From an uncultured Verrucomicrobiae bacterium (GTDB taxonomy: Bacteria > Verrucomicrobiota > Verrucomicrobiia > Limisphaerales > AAA164-E04), in NCBI GenBank assembly GCA_943788245.1, contig CALSPN010000046.1:635-64634 (forward strand): 64,000 nucleotides of DNA, in the 5' to 3' direction. The notes below the pieces were generated by a model. The model made no database searches and was not told the origin of the DNA. It saw nothing but the letters and a program-made list of their open reading frames with translations. Of the stretch, positions 18,355 to 28,983 are shown piece by piece; the stretch's first letter is position 1; each line of letters starts with the position of its first letter. The translations under genes were made by a program, and so were the position numbers.

Positions 18355-21300
18355 ATGTCTTTTCATGTCCTGAATCGAAGTTTCCGGGGTGTTTTCCTCT
18401 GTCTTCTTCTTTCCTGTATGTCAGGGCTGTCTGCGGAAGAATTTCAAGTCGAAGTAACATCCTTAAAAGCTGCAGGTGATCAAGGTCCTGGCTTTACCTT
18501 GATGAATGTCGTGGAAACACAGGTTTCCTTTCGTAATGACCTGGATCCTCGGAAAGGGGCAGCCAATCGTGTTTTGTTCAATGGCTCTGGCGTTGCAGTG
18601 GGTGATTGGGATAATGACGGACTCCCTGATTTGTTTTTTTGTGGAATCGATTCGCCCAATCACCTTTATCGAAATCTCGGTCAATGGAAGTTTGAGAAAG
18701 TATCGATTCCTCCTTCACTTCAAAACCCAGGGGCTCCTTGTCGTGGTGCTGTCTTCGCTGATTTAAACGGTGACAGATATCTTGATTTACTCGTGAGTAC
18801 CGTTGGGATGGGAGTGCGATCGTTTTTTAACCAAGGTGGACTCGAGTTTGAAGATGCAACGCAAAAGGTCGGCACCGGATCTGAATTCGGGGCAACAAGC
18901 ATGGCGCTGGCGGATGTCGATGGAAATGGGACCCTTGACCTTTACGTTGCAAATTACCGTTCCAATGATATCCGTGATCAAGCGCGGGTACCAGTCAGGC
19001 GCGTGAGGGGGAAGTTGATGCCGTCCGAAGAGTTGAGTGATCGGGTTTTTATTCATGAGGGGCAAATTCATGAATATGGCGAGTCTGACATTTTATACCT
19101 TAATAATGGTTCAGGGAAAATGACTCCTGTGGATTGGACCTCAGGTGCTTTTCGTGAAAATGGGCAGGCTTTGAAAGCGGCGCCCAAGGATTGGGGCTTG
19201 TCCGCAATGTTCAGGGATTTGAATGGAGATGGTCACGTCGATTTGTATGTTTGCAACGATTATTGGACTCCTGACAGGATATGGATCAATGATGGTCAGG
19301 GAGGTTTTGACGCACTTTCCGGTGAGGCTTTGAATATCACTTCACTGAGTTCAATGGGTGTAGATGGAACAGATGTAAATCGGGACGGACATGTGGATCT
19401 ATTCGTGGTTGATATGCTCAGTCGTGATCCTGTTCTGAGGAAAAGGCAGCAACCTGCCGAGAGTATGGTTGGTGGCATACCATCATTGAACGGTCCAAGA
19501 CTTCAATTGCCATACAACACCTTGTTCATGGGAAATGGTAAGGGCGCATTCACCGAAACCTCGCATTTTGCCGGTTTGGAGGCATCGGATTGGTCCTGGT
19601 GTCCTATCTTCATGGATGCCGATCTGGATGGGATCGATGATGTGCTTATCTCGGCAGGTTACCCCCATGACATGCAAGATTCCGACACCCTTCGCCTGAT
19701 TCAATCGCGTCAGCATTCATGGGATCGTTACTCCACCGACGCTGCCCGGCAGAAGGCATTTACGGATGAAATGATGCAACATATTGAACTTTATCCCAAA
19801 CTTGAAATGCCGGTTGTGGCTTATCGTGGCAAAGGTAACGGCACGTTTGAAGAAGTGACTCATCTCTGGGGGACAGGAAAGAAGGGGATCCATCAGGGAT
19901 TTGCTGTTGGCGATCTGGACGGTGATGGTGATTGGGATCTGGTGCTCAACTGTTTGAATGGTTCTGCACGTTTATTTCGTAATGATGCCTCCAAAGATCG
20001 AGTGGCTATCCGGCTTAAAGGGAGCCCCTCGAACACCCAGGCCATAGGTAGCAAAATGGTGCTCAATGAAGGCAAGTCGAACAGTGCGACGCGATTCATT
20101 GTATCGGGCGGTCGGTATCTGTCAGGCGGGGATACCGAGCAAGTTTTTGCAATGCTATCACCGAAAGAAGCATCAACCTTGACGGTTGTCTGGCCCGATG
20201 GAACATCTTCATTCTTGGAGGGACTCAAACGTAACCATCGTTATACCGTTCATCAACCAGAAGCATCAGATAGATTGAGCGATCTGGTGGATGTTCCAAC
20301 GGATCAAGCCGCCCTCATTCCTCTGTTTCGTGATGCCTCATTGAAGTTGAGTCATACTTCCAGATCCGCCTTTTCCGATGACTTCGCCAAGCAACCATTA
20401 CTTCCCTACGCACTGAGTCATCATGGTCCCGGCGTGATCTGCATGGACGTCAATGGGGATAAAATCACAGATATCCTGATCGGGGGTGAAAAAGGTCAGC
20501 ATCCAACACTGCACATAGGGAAAGAGGATGCCGAATTTGAGACCAAAGAATTCGACTTTCGATTGATCAATGATTCCTCAGGGATGCTTGGGATGCCTGT
20601 GCCCGGAAATCGAATACATTTGTTTTTAGCACAAACCGGCTATGAGGCACTCAGGCAGCCAGCCCTGATGGAGTTGAATCTAAAGGGGCAGCACCGAAGC
20701 CTGTTTTCCACCGCGCTCACTGGTGTTGGGCCGATGGTTGCAGGTCCCTTGAATGGTCAAGGCAGTTTGACTGTTTTCATGGGAGGGACATATATGAGCC
20801 GTCATTATCCGTTGTCACATCCTTCACAATTGGTACACCAGGATGAAAACGGGTGGCGACTTGATTCAGTCCATGAAGATTTGCTGCGTTCCATTCAGCG
20901 ATCCAGAGGTGCTGTTTGGAGTGATCTCAATGGAGATGGGTTTGCCGAATTGATCATTACAACAGAATGGGGACTTGTCAGAGTGCTGCAAAATACAAGA
21001 GGCAAGCTGGAGGATCGAACCCATGCGTGGGGTTTGGGTGCGCACACGGGATTATGGGGAGGGGTTGTTTCAGGTGACATGGACGGGAATGGTTTTCCTG
21101 ATTTGATCGTAGGTAACTGGGGGAGAAACAGTGACTGGCAGGCAACAGGGAAATCTCCATTAAATATGTATCATGGGGATATTCTCAAGACGGGTGTTCG
21201 CGAAATTATTGAAACCGAATATCACCCGCAAAAGCTTATCTCTCCCAAGCGTTACCTGTCCGAACTGGGAGCTCAATTACCGTTTCTTTTCAAGCTTGCA

Positions 21301-22029
21301 GGTAATAATGCTCGCTACAGCTCGTTAACTGTTCGTGAGTTATTTGCCCATTATTGGGAATCTCTCACTGCCCTGCACGCGTCCACACTGGATACTTGCT
21401 TGTTTTTGAATTCGGGTAATGGGACTTTCCAACAGGTTCTTCTGCCCAAGGAGGTTCAATGGGCTCCTGTGTTTGGGCTTCAGGTGGGAGATTTTAATGG
21501 CGATGGGATAGAAGATGTGGTCCTTGGTCAGAATCAATCGCATGTGAGAGAAGGCATGCCTCCTCAGAATCAGGGACGGGTAATGATCTTGATTGGTAAA
21601 GGCGATGGCCAATTCAATGTGTTGGATGAAGCAGAATCAGGAGTGAAAGTGCATGGGGATGCGCGAGGTTTGGCAGTGGCTGACTTCAATCAGGATGGCC
21701 GCCTTGATTTTGTTGTGACCCAGAATGAAGGGGCGACCAAATTGTATCTCAACCAATCGGACTCCAAACAAGGAGTGAGAGTCCGTTTAAATCACACCGG
21801 AGTAAATCGCCATGGTACTGGATCGCAATTAAGACTCGTAGATTACGATGATTCGATGGGGCCTTTGAGAGAAGTGCAGGCAGGAAATGGATGGTATTCT
21901 CAAAACAGTCCGGTGACCGTGCTTCATGGAAAAAACAAGGCCAGAGCTCTCTGGGTGAAATGGCCGGGGGGCAAGGTGAATACTTACCCTCTGAAAGGCG
22001 ATCAGTCAGAAATTGAGGCTGTCTATTAG
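18355..22029 (+). CDS. Secreted FG-GAP/VCBS repeat protein with two ASPIC/UnbV modules (double CRTAC1-like)
   Basis: Repeated DxDGDG-type FG-GAP motifs (GDWDNDGLPDLFF, ADLNGDRYLDLLV, DVDGNGTLDLYV, ...). UnbV-like segments GSKMVLNEG...GGRYLSGGD...VVWPDG and GTGSQLRLVD...GNGWYSQNS...VKWPGG. The ATG at 18355 is preferred over the TTG at 18346. Confidence 0.85.
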   Translation: MSFHVLNRSFRGVFLCLLLSCMSGLSAEEFQVEVTSLKAAGDQGPGFTLMNVVETQVSFRNDLDPRKGAANRVLFNGSGVAVGDWDNDGLPDLFFCGIDSPNHLYRNLGQWKFEKVSIPPSLQNPGAPCRGAVFADLNGDRYLDLLVSTVGMGVRSFFNQGGLEFEDATQKVGTGSEFGATSMALADVDGNGTLDLYVANYRSNDIRDQARVPVRRVRGKLMPSEELSDRVFIHEGQIHEYGESDILYLNNGSGKMTPVDWTSGAFRENGQALKAAPKDWGLSAMFRDLNGDGHVDLYVCNDYWTPDRIWINDGQGGFDALSGEALNITSLSSMGVDGTDVNRDGHVDLFVVDMLSRDPVLRKRQQPAESMVGGIPSLNGPRLQLPYNTLFMGNGKGAFTETSHFAGLEASDWSWCPIFMDADLDGIDDVLISAGYPHDMQDSDTLRLIQSRQHSWDRYSTDAARQKAFTDEMMQHIELYPKLEMPVVAYRGKGNGTFEEVTHLWGTGKKGIHQGFAVGDLDGDGDWDLVLNCLNGSARLFRNDASKDRVAIRLKGSPSNTQAIGSKMVLNEGKSNSATRFIVSGGRYLSGGDTEQVFAMLSPKEASTLTVVWPDGTSSFLEGLKRNHRYTVHQPEASDRLSDLVDVPTDQAALIPLFRDASLKLSHTSRSAFSDDFAKQPLLPYALSHHGPGVICMDVNGDKITDILIGGEKGQHPTLHIGKEDAEFETKEFDFRLINDSSGMLGMPVPGNRIHLFLAQTGYEALRQPALMELNLKGQHRSLFSTALTGVGPMVAGPLNGQGSLTVFMGGTYMSRHYPLSHPSQLVHQDENGWRLDSVHEDLLRSIQRSRGAVWSDLNGDGFAELIITTEWGLVRVLQNTRGKLEDRTHAWGLGAHTGLWGGVVSGDMDGNGFPDLIVGNWGRNSDWQATGKSPLNMYHGDILKTGVREIIETEYHPQKLISPKRYLSELGAQLPFLFKLAGNNARYSSLTVRELFAHYWESLTALHASTLDTCLFLNSGNGTFQQVLLPKEVQWAPVFGLQVGDFNGDGIEDVVLGQNQSHVREGMPPQNQGRVMILIGKGDGQFNVLDEAESGVKVHGDARGLAVADFNQDGRLDFVVTQNEGATKLYLNQSDSKQGVRVRLNHTGVNRHGTGSQLRLVDYDDSMGPLREVQAGNGWYSQNSPVTVLHGKNKARALWVKWPGGKVNTYPLKGDQSEIEAVY

Positions 22030-22043
22030 AGCGTTTGCCTGCT

Positions 22044-23402
22044 TTATTTGACCTTCAGGATTTGCCTTAGAATTTTGTCCAATGCTTCTACATTGGGAGG
22101 TGGACCAAAGACCACTTGAGAACCAATGATGGTTTGTGGCATGGATGATTTGCGGCCTATTTTGGAAGTGGTTTCGTAGGCAGTCACATTGGATTCCAAC
22201 TGCTTTTTGACCCCTTTGCTTTGCAGGGCTTCCATCAATTTATCGGCCCCTACCAACTGTTGAGCATATTCCATGACTGCTGGCACCGTTTTGACAGTTG
22301 TGTGATGACTGAACAGCCACGTGTCAAATGCATCATACTTTTCCGGATCTGCCTGATGTACAGCAAGGCATAGTTTGGCGTATTCGCATGCATTTTGATG
22401 ATCTTTCGGAGTTTTTTTCATCAATCGGTTGCATTTGGCATCCAGAGGCATGGGAATCATCAGGCTTGAGAATTGTCCATTATATTTCACCAAAAGCTGG
22501 CGGATGAATCCGTGTAAATTACGACAGTGATGGCAAGTATAATCGAAGATACAAGCGATCCTTTGTGGTGCATCCAGATCGCCAAGTGTGGGCAATCCGG
22601 TGGTCTCCATTTTGAAATTGCTTCTAGGGATTAATAATGGCTTGGACAATGTACGGTTCGCAATGATGGACTGACTCATGGCTGCCGGCTGAATGGTGCC
22701 TTTTGGCTCATCATCGGGTGTTGATTTATTCTGAATCACTGCTGCAGGTGCTGTGGTTTGATTACCTTCTGGAGCAGGGTTTGCTGCAAGATCGACGATT
22801 TCTGGTGCGCTTTGTTCCTTTGGGAACAAGATCTGGATCAATGCAATCGCGGCTACCAAACCAACACCCGCAGCTGCACCTCTGGTGAAGTTCAGTCTTA
22901 CGGATAGTTTTGAGCCGATAGAATTCGCTTTTGCCAAAAAGAGAATAGAAGCCATACCTGCCAGTAAATGTGCGGTACAACAATAAGGACAAAATGCCCT
23001 GATTTTGAAAGCTTGGACACCCACAAACCAAATGGCTGCCGCAAGCACACTGAACGCGCAAACAGTCTGCGCATTCAGTGATCGTCTGGCCTTCCCCAAA
23101 TGATTCATTTTCAAAGAAAAAGTGCTCAACAGAAATACACCGTACAAGGCCAGGCCGGGGAGGGAAACGGGAATGCCCAACCAATAGGCCCAAGGACTCG
23201 TCAGCACTTGATCGCATCCTGAATCCGGACCGCATCCCGGGGTTCCTCCCTCGCTGGATAAACTGACAAATGCCAGATAGGCGGTGATTGCCATAGCACT
23301 TGCGAGGAGCGCACGAACGAAATGGATCCAGGTCCCGGTCAAAGATTCATTAGCTTGTTGATGGCCCGGTGTAAGCTGTTGTTTTCTTTTCTTTTTTCCC
23401 AT
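22044..23402 (-). CDS. Vitamin K epoxide reductase (VKOR) fused to a DsbA/thioredoxin-like domain
   Basis: The N-terminal TM bundle carries the loop cysteines GCGPDSGCDQVL and the active-site CPYCC. A low-complexity P/T/A-rich linker follows, then a C-terminal thioredoxin-like domain with a CHHC motif (FDYTCHHCRNLH). Confidence 0.8.
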   Translation of the reverse strand: MGKKKRKQQLTPGHQQANESLTGTWIHFVRALLASAMAITAYLAFVSLSSEGGTPGCGPDSGCDQVLTSPWAYWLGIPVSLPGLALYGVFLLSTFSLKMNHLGKARRSLNAQTVCAFSVLAAAIWFVGVQAFKIRAFCPYCCTAHLLAGMASILFLAKANSIGSKLSVRLNFTRGAAAGVGLVAAIALIQILFPKEQSAPEIVDLAANPAPEGNQTTAPAAVIQNKSTPDDEPKGTIQPAAMSQSIIANRTLSKPLLIPRSNFKMETTGLPTLGDLDAPQRIACIFDYTCHHCRNLHGFIRQLLVKYNGQFSSLMIPMPLDAKCNRLMKKTPKDHQNACEYAKLCLAVHQADPEKYDAFDTWLFSHHTTVKTVPAVMEYAQQLVGADKLMEALQSKGVKKQLESNVTAYETTSKIGRKSSMPQTIIGSQVVFGPPPNVEALDKILRQILKVK

Positions 23403-23449
23403 GACTGGTCAGGTTTATTGGTTCAAAGCTGTTCCTTGTTCTTCCGTCG

Positions 23450-23519
23450 GTCAACTCATCGTGCTGATTTGGTCAGGCATGTAATACGTGTTGATCACTG
23501 TGCAAGCTGATGAGTTGAC
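23450..23519. repeat. 11-bp perfect inverted repeat GTCAACTCATC / GATGAGTTGAC separated by 48 nt
   Basis: Arms at 23450-23460 and 23509-23519, in the 202-nt spacer between the stop of 23605-27273 and the start of the VKOR gene. No U-tract follows on either strand. Confidence 0.6.
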
Positions 23520-23604
23520 GTGGCTTTGTCAAGTTTCGGGGATGCATGACGGATCTGATAGCGCTTGCTTTCATTTCGTTTTTGGGTGGCTCGTTGAAAA
23601 CTCT

Positions 23605-26600
23605 TCAAGGCTGTTGAAGGGTTACTTTGGTGATTCCCGATGGAATAGAGTGTCTGCTTATCTTGCCGTTGGGCCAGGTAACCTGGATTTGAAACGCTTT
23701 TCCTGAATGTGCGAAAACATGTTTGAGAGAATTCAGCGATCGGTAACCAGACCCCGATTGGATCTCTTTTGAAGGCCCATAAACATTTCCTGTTTGTAGA
23801 TTGATTTTTTGCAGTCTGGCTCCAATGCAATGTGGATTAGCGGATGATCCTTCGAGTGAAACAGTCACTCCGGTGTGTTCAGCCTGGTTCACAAAAAGGT
23901 GAGCTCCTTTCCCTCTTTCGAGGACGGCAAGGTCCATTTTACCATCTTGATTGAAATCAGCGCTTGCAGTGCCACGTTGCTCGTTTTTCAAGCGAATGCC
24001 ACTTGCTGTGGATGGAATGGCATTCAGATTGCCTTCACCATCGCCGAGAAGCAGTAATCCATGGCCTGCATCCATGCGTCCCCACTTGTGATTGCCGGTG
24101 TCCAGATTTTGACTTAGAAAAACATCCTCATGTCCGTCATTATTGAAGTCTGCCACCGTTGGGCCAAAGCAAGGCGCCCACTGTGCTACTGGATTCAATG
24201 CCACTTTTTCAATACCGTCCGGCAAATTAAGTAAAATGACTGTCTCAAGTGTATCGATTTCCAGATACTCAAATTCATGTAAAAAATCACCCAATATTTT
24301 TTCCAAGCTTCTGGAGGCGTAATCCGCATGACTGGTAAACCGCAAATTTGCATCCGTCAACCATGTGGATACATCCTCCAGTGGGTTGATGGGTAACCAC
24401 TGCCCTTGGTTGAAATAGGATCGGAAGGTGATTGTTTCATGCTTGCGGATTGTCTTGCTGTAATAAAGCCGGAAACGATCTGTCCTCCATTGAGCCCATT
24501 GCGTGTTCTCCCCTCTGTTGCAAACGACAAGATCGGGTCTCCCGTCTTCATTGAAATCACCGGATGCAAGACCTTGCCATATGCCTCGGAATTTTTCTGA
24601 TCCAATCCCCTTGTTTTGCTCAGTGAAGGTTCCTTTCTCATTGATCAACCAACGGATCTTGCCCCATTCACTGCTTGTGATTAAATCCGAATCCCCGTCC
24701 AGATCCCAATCGCAGAAAATGGCGCCTTGAATATTGTGCAAGCGGGATATCGATGTTGCGTTGGTCTCATCGACTTCAAAATCCCCGTGTTCATTTTTCA
24801 ATAGAAGGGAGTCTGATGAAACTGGGAAATTACCCCACGGGGATTGTCCCCCAACGAACAGATCAAGATCGCCATCATTGTCCACATCTGAAACTGCCAA
24901 AGGCCCATATGCTCCTGCAGGTAATTTCGTGATCTCTTTTTCAGAGCCATCAGCCATCCAGTGGATCAAGGCATTCGCTGCAGTCGGATCGGATTGTTGA
25001 GGAATGGCCAATAGTCCAGGCGAGTTATCCAAAGGAGCGGACGCAAAGCCTGATTCGCCCCATCTGGATTTCATGCCTTTTCTCTCGATCTTGGTCTCAA
25101 AGTTTTCCTTGCCTTTGTTCGTAAACCACGCAGATGCCATGCTTCCGCCGCTCACAGCCAGATCTTCATCTCCATCAGCATCCATATCAATCCAAGCCAA
25201 TGCTTCACCTAATGTGGAACGGTCAAGAGGCCATGTAGGCTGTGACTGGCGGCTATCCGGTTTTACCGTGGCATGATGCTGTTTATTGATGGAAGAGACC
25301 TCTCTAAATAAAGTTGCTCGAGCATCCTTGGGACCTTCGCCTTGGCTCTTGGCGACCGAGGACTCAGGTTCATGGATCACATACAGGTGGTTGGCTTCAA
25401 TACCTTGAATAGTTGACAGTAGACCACTTCGCCACCGAACTTCGATACGTTTCTTTTCATTGGATGGGCGCGTGACAGCGAACGTGCGCTGTGCCTGATC
25501 CCCTGAAAGATATCTGCCACCTCCGATGATTTCCTGACTTTGAGTGAAGGCAGCCTCAATCAAGGAAATACGTGCTCCAATCCCGCGTGTATTTCCCGGC
25601 CGCCCTTTGAGTCTAACGGCGACTCTTGCGCGCTGACTGATATTTTCGTAAACCAAGGCTGGCGCGTTCAGGCAATTAATGACGACATCCTGATCCCCAT
25701 CATTATCCAGATCGCCCAGAGCGATTGCATTGGAAACCTGGTTGGATTCAAACCCCCATGCACTGCCCGTTTCCTTGAACCGCATCTGACCCATGTTACG
25801 GAACGCGAGGTTGGACGTCTTCAACGCGGGAAATGCAATGGCAAGTTGTTGAGGTGAATCATTGGGGAATTGAGATCTATTTTGAAGGGTATCTTTATCG
25901 AGATTATCCTGAGCGTGACCATTCCCGATAAGGATATCTTCGTAACCGTCCAGATCCACATCCATGAACACTGGAGCCCAGGACCATTCTGTCGCGCTCA
26001 ATCCTGCGTAGTGCGCGACTTCTGCGTATTGACCATGATCCTCACTTACATAAACAGTGTTGCGACTGACTTGAGGTCTGTCCCAGATTTGCTCGCCGGT
26101 TGTCTGGATTGATGGCGCAGCTTCCACTCGCTGGGTCATCTTTAATCGATGCGTTCTGCTCAGCATGTCAACGACCATGAAGTCATCCATGCCGTCACGG
26201 TTGAGATCTCCGACATCCACTCCCATGGACGAATAACTCGAGACCTTGATGGCGGAACGCTTGATCAGTCTGAACTTTCCGAATCCTTGATTGATCCACA
26301 ACCGATCTGGGGTTTGGAAATCATTGCAGACGTATAAGTCGGGCAGTCCATCATGGTTCATATCACGAAACATGGCGCTTAAACCGAGGTCGCGGTATCC
26401 GTGGGCCAATGGTTTGCCTGCTTCATCTGAAAAAGTACCTCCACTCCAGGGAACTGGTTCAAAGTTGCCTTGACCGTTATTGAGAAATAACGCGTCGGGT
26501 TCTCCGTACTCCACTAATTTACCGTTGATAATCTTATAATAATCTCGATATCGACCTACGACCTGGGGTTTTCCGCGCACTGTACGAATGCGAAGGTTGA

Positions 26601-27273
26601 GCTTGGTTTGCATCGTATGAAGACCGTAGTTAGTGACATATAGATCAATGTCCCCATCCCCGTCCCCATCTGCCAGAGCGAGGGTGGCACTCCCGAAAGG
26701 AGATTCCAATGCGGGATTCTCAAGCAACTTGAACCGACTGTTGCCCGAGTTCAGATAAGTGCGCACACCGGAGCCGAATGTGGAGATGATCAGGTCAAGC
26801 CAGCCATCCCCGTCAATATCTTCAAACACAGCGCCACTTGAATAGGGAATGATACGATCGAGCCCTGCTTCGCGAGTAGTTTCCTTGAACTTCCAATTAC
26901 CAAGGTTTCGAAATAACTTGTTTTTGCCCGACATGGCCGCCAAAAACACATCGCACCGCCCGTCTCCATCATAATCACCAAGCGTGACTCCACTTCCATT
27001 GAGCAGGTTGAAAGATTTCTCTGACAAGTCCGTGTTCAGGCGGTTTGTAAAGGTAATTCCCGTGGTTGCGCCGGATTTCAGATCAAATCCCTGGGGGAGA
27101 GTTTCGTTTTTTTTAACTCGGGGTGAATTGATTGTAAGGGTTGTGCTTTCAAACGCGGTAGATATCAGGCCAGTCGATGGCTGCGCCGTGCTTTTACTAT
27201 CGATGAAAACAAGCTGCAGGATTCCTGAAAGAAATGAAATGGTAAGCTTAAGTCCGCGTCGTTTGTGGCTCAT
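23605..27273 (-). CDS. Secreted FG-GAP/VCBS repeat protein with two ASPIC/UnbV modules (paralog of 18355-22029)
   Basis: 1222 aa with a signal peptide. The same double architecture, e.g. GDYDGDGRCDVFL, EDIDGDGWLDLII, GARISLIEA...GGGRYLSGDQ...VRWRSG and IGARLQKIN...GSGYRSLNS...VTWPNG. Confidence 0.85.
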   Translation of the reverse strand: MSHKRRGLKLTISFLSGILQLVFIDSKSTAQPSTGLISTAFESTTLTINSPRVKKNETLPQGFDLKSGATTGITFTNRLNTDLSEKSFNLLNGSGVTLGDYDGDGRCDVFLAAMSGKNKLFRNLGNWKFKETTREAGLDRIIPYSSGAVFEDIDGDGWLDLIISTFGSGVRTYLNSGNSRFKLLENPALESPFGSATLALADGDGDGDIDLYVTNYGLHTMQTKLNLRIRTVRGKPQVVGRYRDYYKIINGKLVEYGEPDALFLNNGQGNFEPVPWSGGTFSDEAGKPLAHGYRDLGLSAMFRDMNHDGLPDLYVCNDFQTPDRLWINQGFGKFRLIKRSAIKVSSYSSMGVDVGDLNRDGMDDFMVVDMLSRTHRLKMTQRVEAAPSIQTTGEQIWDRPQVSRNTVYVSEDHGQYAEVAHYAGLSATEWSWAPVFMDVDLDGYEDILIGNGHAQDNLDKDTLQNRSQFPNDSPQQLAIAFPALKTSNLAFRNMGQMRFKETGSAWGFESNQVSNAIALGDLDNDGDQDVVINCLNAPALVYENISQRARVAVRLKGRPGNTRGIGARISLIEAAFTQSQEIIGGGRYLSGDQAQRTFAVTRPSNEKKRIEVRWRSGLLSTIQGIEANHLYVIHEPESSVAKSQGEGPKDARATLFREVSSINKQHHATVKPDSRQSQPTWPLDRSTLGEALAWIDMDADGDEDLAVSGGSMASAWFTNKGKENFETKIERKGMKSRWGESGFASAPLDNSPGLLAIPQQSDPTAANALIHWMADGSEKEITKLPAGAYGPLAVSDVDNDGDLDLFVGGQSPWGNFPVSSDSLLLKNEHGDFEVDETNATSISRLHNIQGAIFCDWDLDGDSDLITSSEWGKIRWLINEKGTFTEQNKGIGSEKFRGIWQGLASGDFNEDGRPDLVVCNRGENTQWAQWRTDRFRLYYSKTIRKHETITFRSYFNQGQWLPINPLEDVSTWLTDANLRFTSHADYASRSLEKILGDFLHEFEYLEIDTLETVILLNLPDGIEKVALNPVAQWAPCFGPTVADFNNDGHEDVFLSQNLDTGNHKWGRMDAGHGLLLLGDGEGNLNAIPSTASGIRLKNEQRGTASADFNQDGKMDLAVLERGKGAHLFVNQAEHTGVTVSLEGSSANPHCIGARLQKINLQTGNVYGPSKEIQSGSGYRSLNSLKHVFAHSGKAFQIQVTWPNGKISRHSIPSGITKVTLQQP

Positions 27274-27315
27274 TTGGTCAGCGAATTCCGGTTGACTTGG
27301 TGATTCAAGGACAGA

Positions 27316-28983
27316 TTATTGTGCCCTGCCTTCAGTGAATTTAATGACTCTGTCAACGGGGATATTTTTGAAGATTTGCTTTTTACCACTTGGCCACCAA
27401 ACCTCTACCTGATCTATTTTCTTTTCTTGGCCCAAACCGAAATGGGAAAGGGTGCCGTAGTGGCTCTGATAACCTCGCCCGCTGCGTAACTCATCCATTA
27501 GTGTGAGCTCTCCAGCAATGACCTTGATGCGAGCACCAATGGCTTCTCGATTGCTTTGAGTGCCTTCCAGGCGGATTCGGGCCCAGTGATTTGAAGTGGA
27601 GCTGTCATTGCGCAAAATCGTTGGGGCTTTGCGGGTGTTGAGGACGACCACGTCAATGTCGCCATCGTTATCAAGGTCATCAAAGGCTGCGCCGCGACTG
27701 CTCAATTTGACATCCATGCCTGTTCCAGAAGTTGAAGAAATATCCACAAAATTTTCCCCATCCATATTACGGAGAAGAATGTTTCGAGCTTCGAAATGAA
27801 CCGTATCATCCCAATGCCTGATGTTATCCTGAAGGTGTCCGCAAGCAACATAAAGGTCACGGAATCCGTCATTGTCAAAATCCTCCAAACCTAACCCCCA
27901 GGTTACTTCATTGTAGGTGCCGGCACCTGCTCCCGTGATGCGGGTGGCATCCATAAAAAAGCCAGCACCCTCATTTTGATATAGGATGCCCCATTGCTTC
28001 TGATAGGAGGTCATGTAAAAGTCCATCTTCCCGTCATTATTGTAATCCGCACAGTCCACGCCCATGGTCCCAAGTCCGATGCCGTTCGAATCGTATGCCA
28101 GGCCCGAAAATAACCCGACTTCCTTGAATTTTCCCTTTCCATCATTCTGCCAGACGAAGTTTGCCATGGCATCATTGCCTACGATGATATCAATGTCTCC
28201 ATCATGGTCGTAGTCCGAACTGACGACACCCATCCCGGTTCCTGAAACGGACGCGATACCTGATTTATGGCTGAAGTCGGTGAATGTGCCGTCACCGTTG
28301 TTGCGATAGAGGGTGTCGGGTACGGGTCCATACATCATGGGGCCAGCATAGGCTGGATGACCGTTGATCTGGCGCGGCTTGTGCTCCTTGATACTGAAGT
28401 CACAATAGTTGGCGATGAAGAGGTCCAGATGACCGTCTGCGTCTATATCCAGAAAGCTTGCTCCGGCTCCCACCTGATTTCCATTGCTTACACCTGCAGT
28501 CAGGGTGACATCCGTGAAGGTGCCATCTCCATTGTTTCGATAAAGAATATCCGGTCCAAAATTTGAAAGGAAGACATCAGGGAAACCGTCGTTGTTGTAA
28601 TCTCCGACGCAGACTCCCAGATGATAGCGCCTATCATCCAGCCCTGCGTCTGTGGTCTTGTCGGTAAACTTCCAGTCTCCCTGGTTGCGGTAAAGCGCGT
28701 TCCCTGACGATGGAGTGTCTTCAGGCGAGCCTGGGAGGGGGGCTCCATTGAGAAACAGGATGTCGATGTTGCCATCCAAATCATAATCGAATGTAGCGAT
28801 GCCCGATGCGACACTTTCGACGATGTAACGTTGCTTCCCTTGTCCTCCGTCTGTATGCACAAAAGTGATCCCTGTCTCTTGAGAGACATCCTTGAATTGA
28901 ATAGGAGAGACTGGAGCAGCGGCACGGATCCCAAGTATTCCGAGAATCGATCCAAGCAGGCCGATCTTTAATGCGATGTTCAT
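27316..28983 (-). CDS. CRTAC1-like protein (FG-GAP repeats + ASPIC/UnbV)
   Basis: The ATG at 28983 overlaps the upstream stop (ATGA). Signal peptide MNIALKIGLLGSILGILGIRAAA. FDYDLDGNIDILFLNG, ALYRNQGDWKFTD, C-terminal IGARIKVIAG...SGRGYQSHY...VWWPSG. Confidence 0.85.
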   Translation of the reverse strand: MNIALKIGLLGSILGILGIRAAAPVSPIQFKDVSQETGITFVHTDGGQGKQRYIVESVASGIATFDYDLDGNIDILFLNGAPLPGSPEDTPSSGNALYRNQGDWKFTDKTTDAGLDDRRYHLGVCVGDYNNDGFPDVFLSNFGPDILYRNNGDGTFTDVTLTAGVSNGNQVGAGASFLDIDADGHLDLFIANYCDFSIKEHKPRQINGHPAYAGPMMYGPVPDTLYRNNGDGTFTDFSHKSGIASVSGTGMGVVSSDYDHDGDIDIIVGNDAMANFVWQNDGKGKFKEVGLFSGLAYDSNGIGLGTMGVDCADYNNDGKMDFYMTSYQKQWGILYQNEGAGFFMDATRITGAGAGTYNEVTWGLGLEDFDNDGFRDLYVACGHLQDNIRHWDDTVHFEARNILLRNMDGENFVDISSTSGTGMDVKLSSRGAAFDDLDNDGDIDVVVLNTRKAPTILRNDSSTSNHWARIRLEGTQSNREAIGARIKVIAGELTLMDELRSGRGYQSHYGTLSHFGLGQEKKIDQVEVWWPSGKKQIFKNIPVDRVIKFTEGRAQ

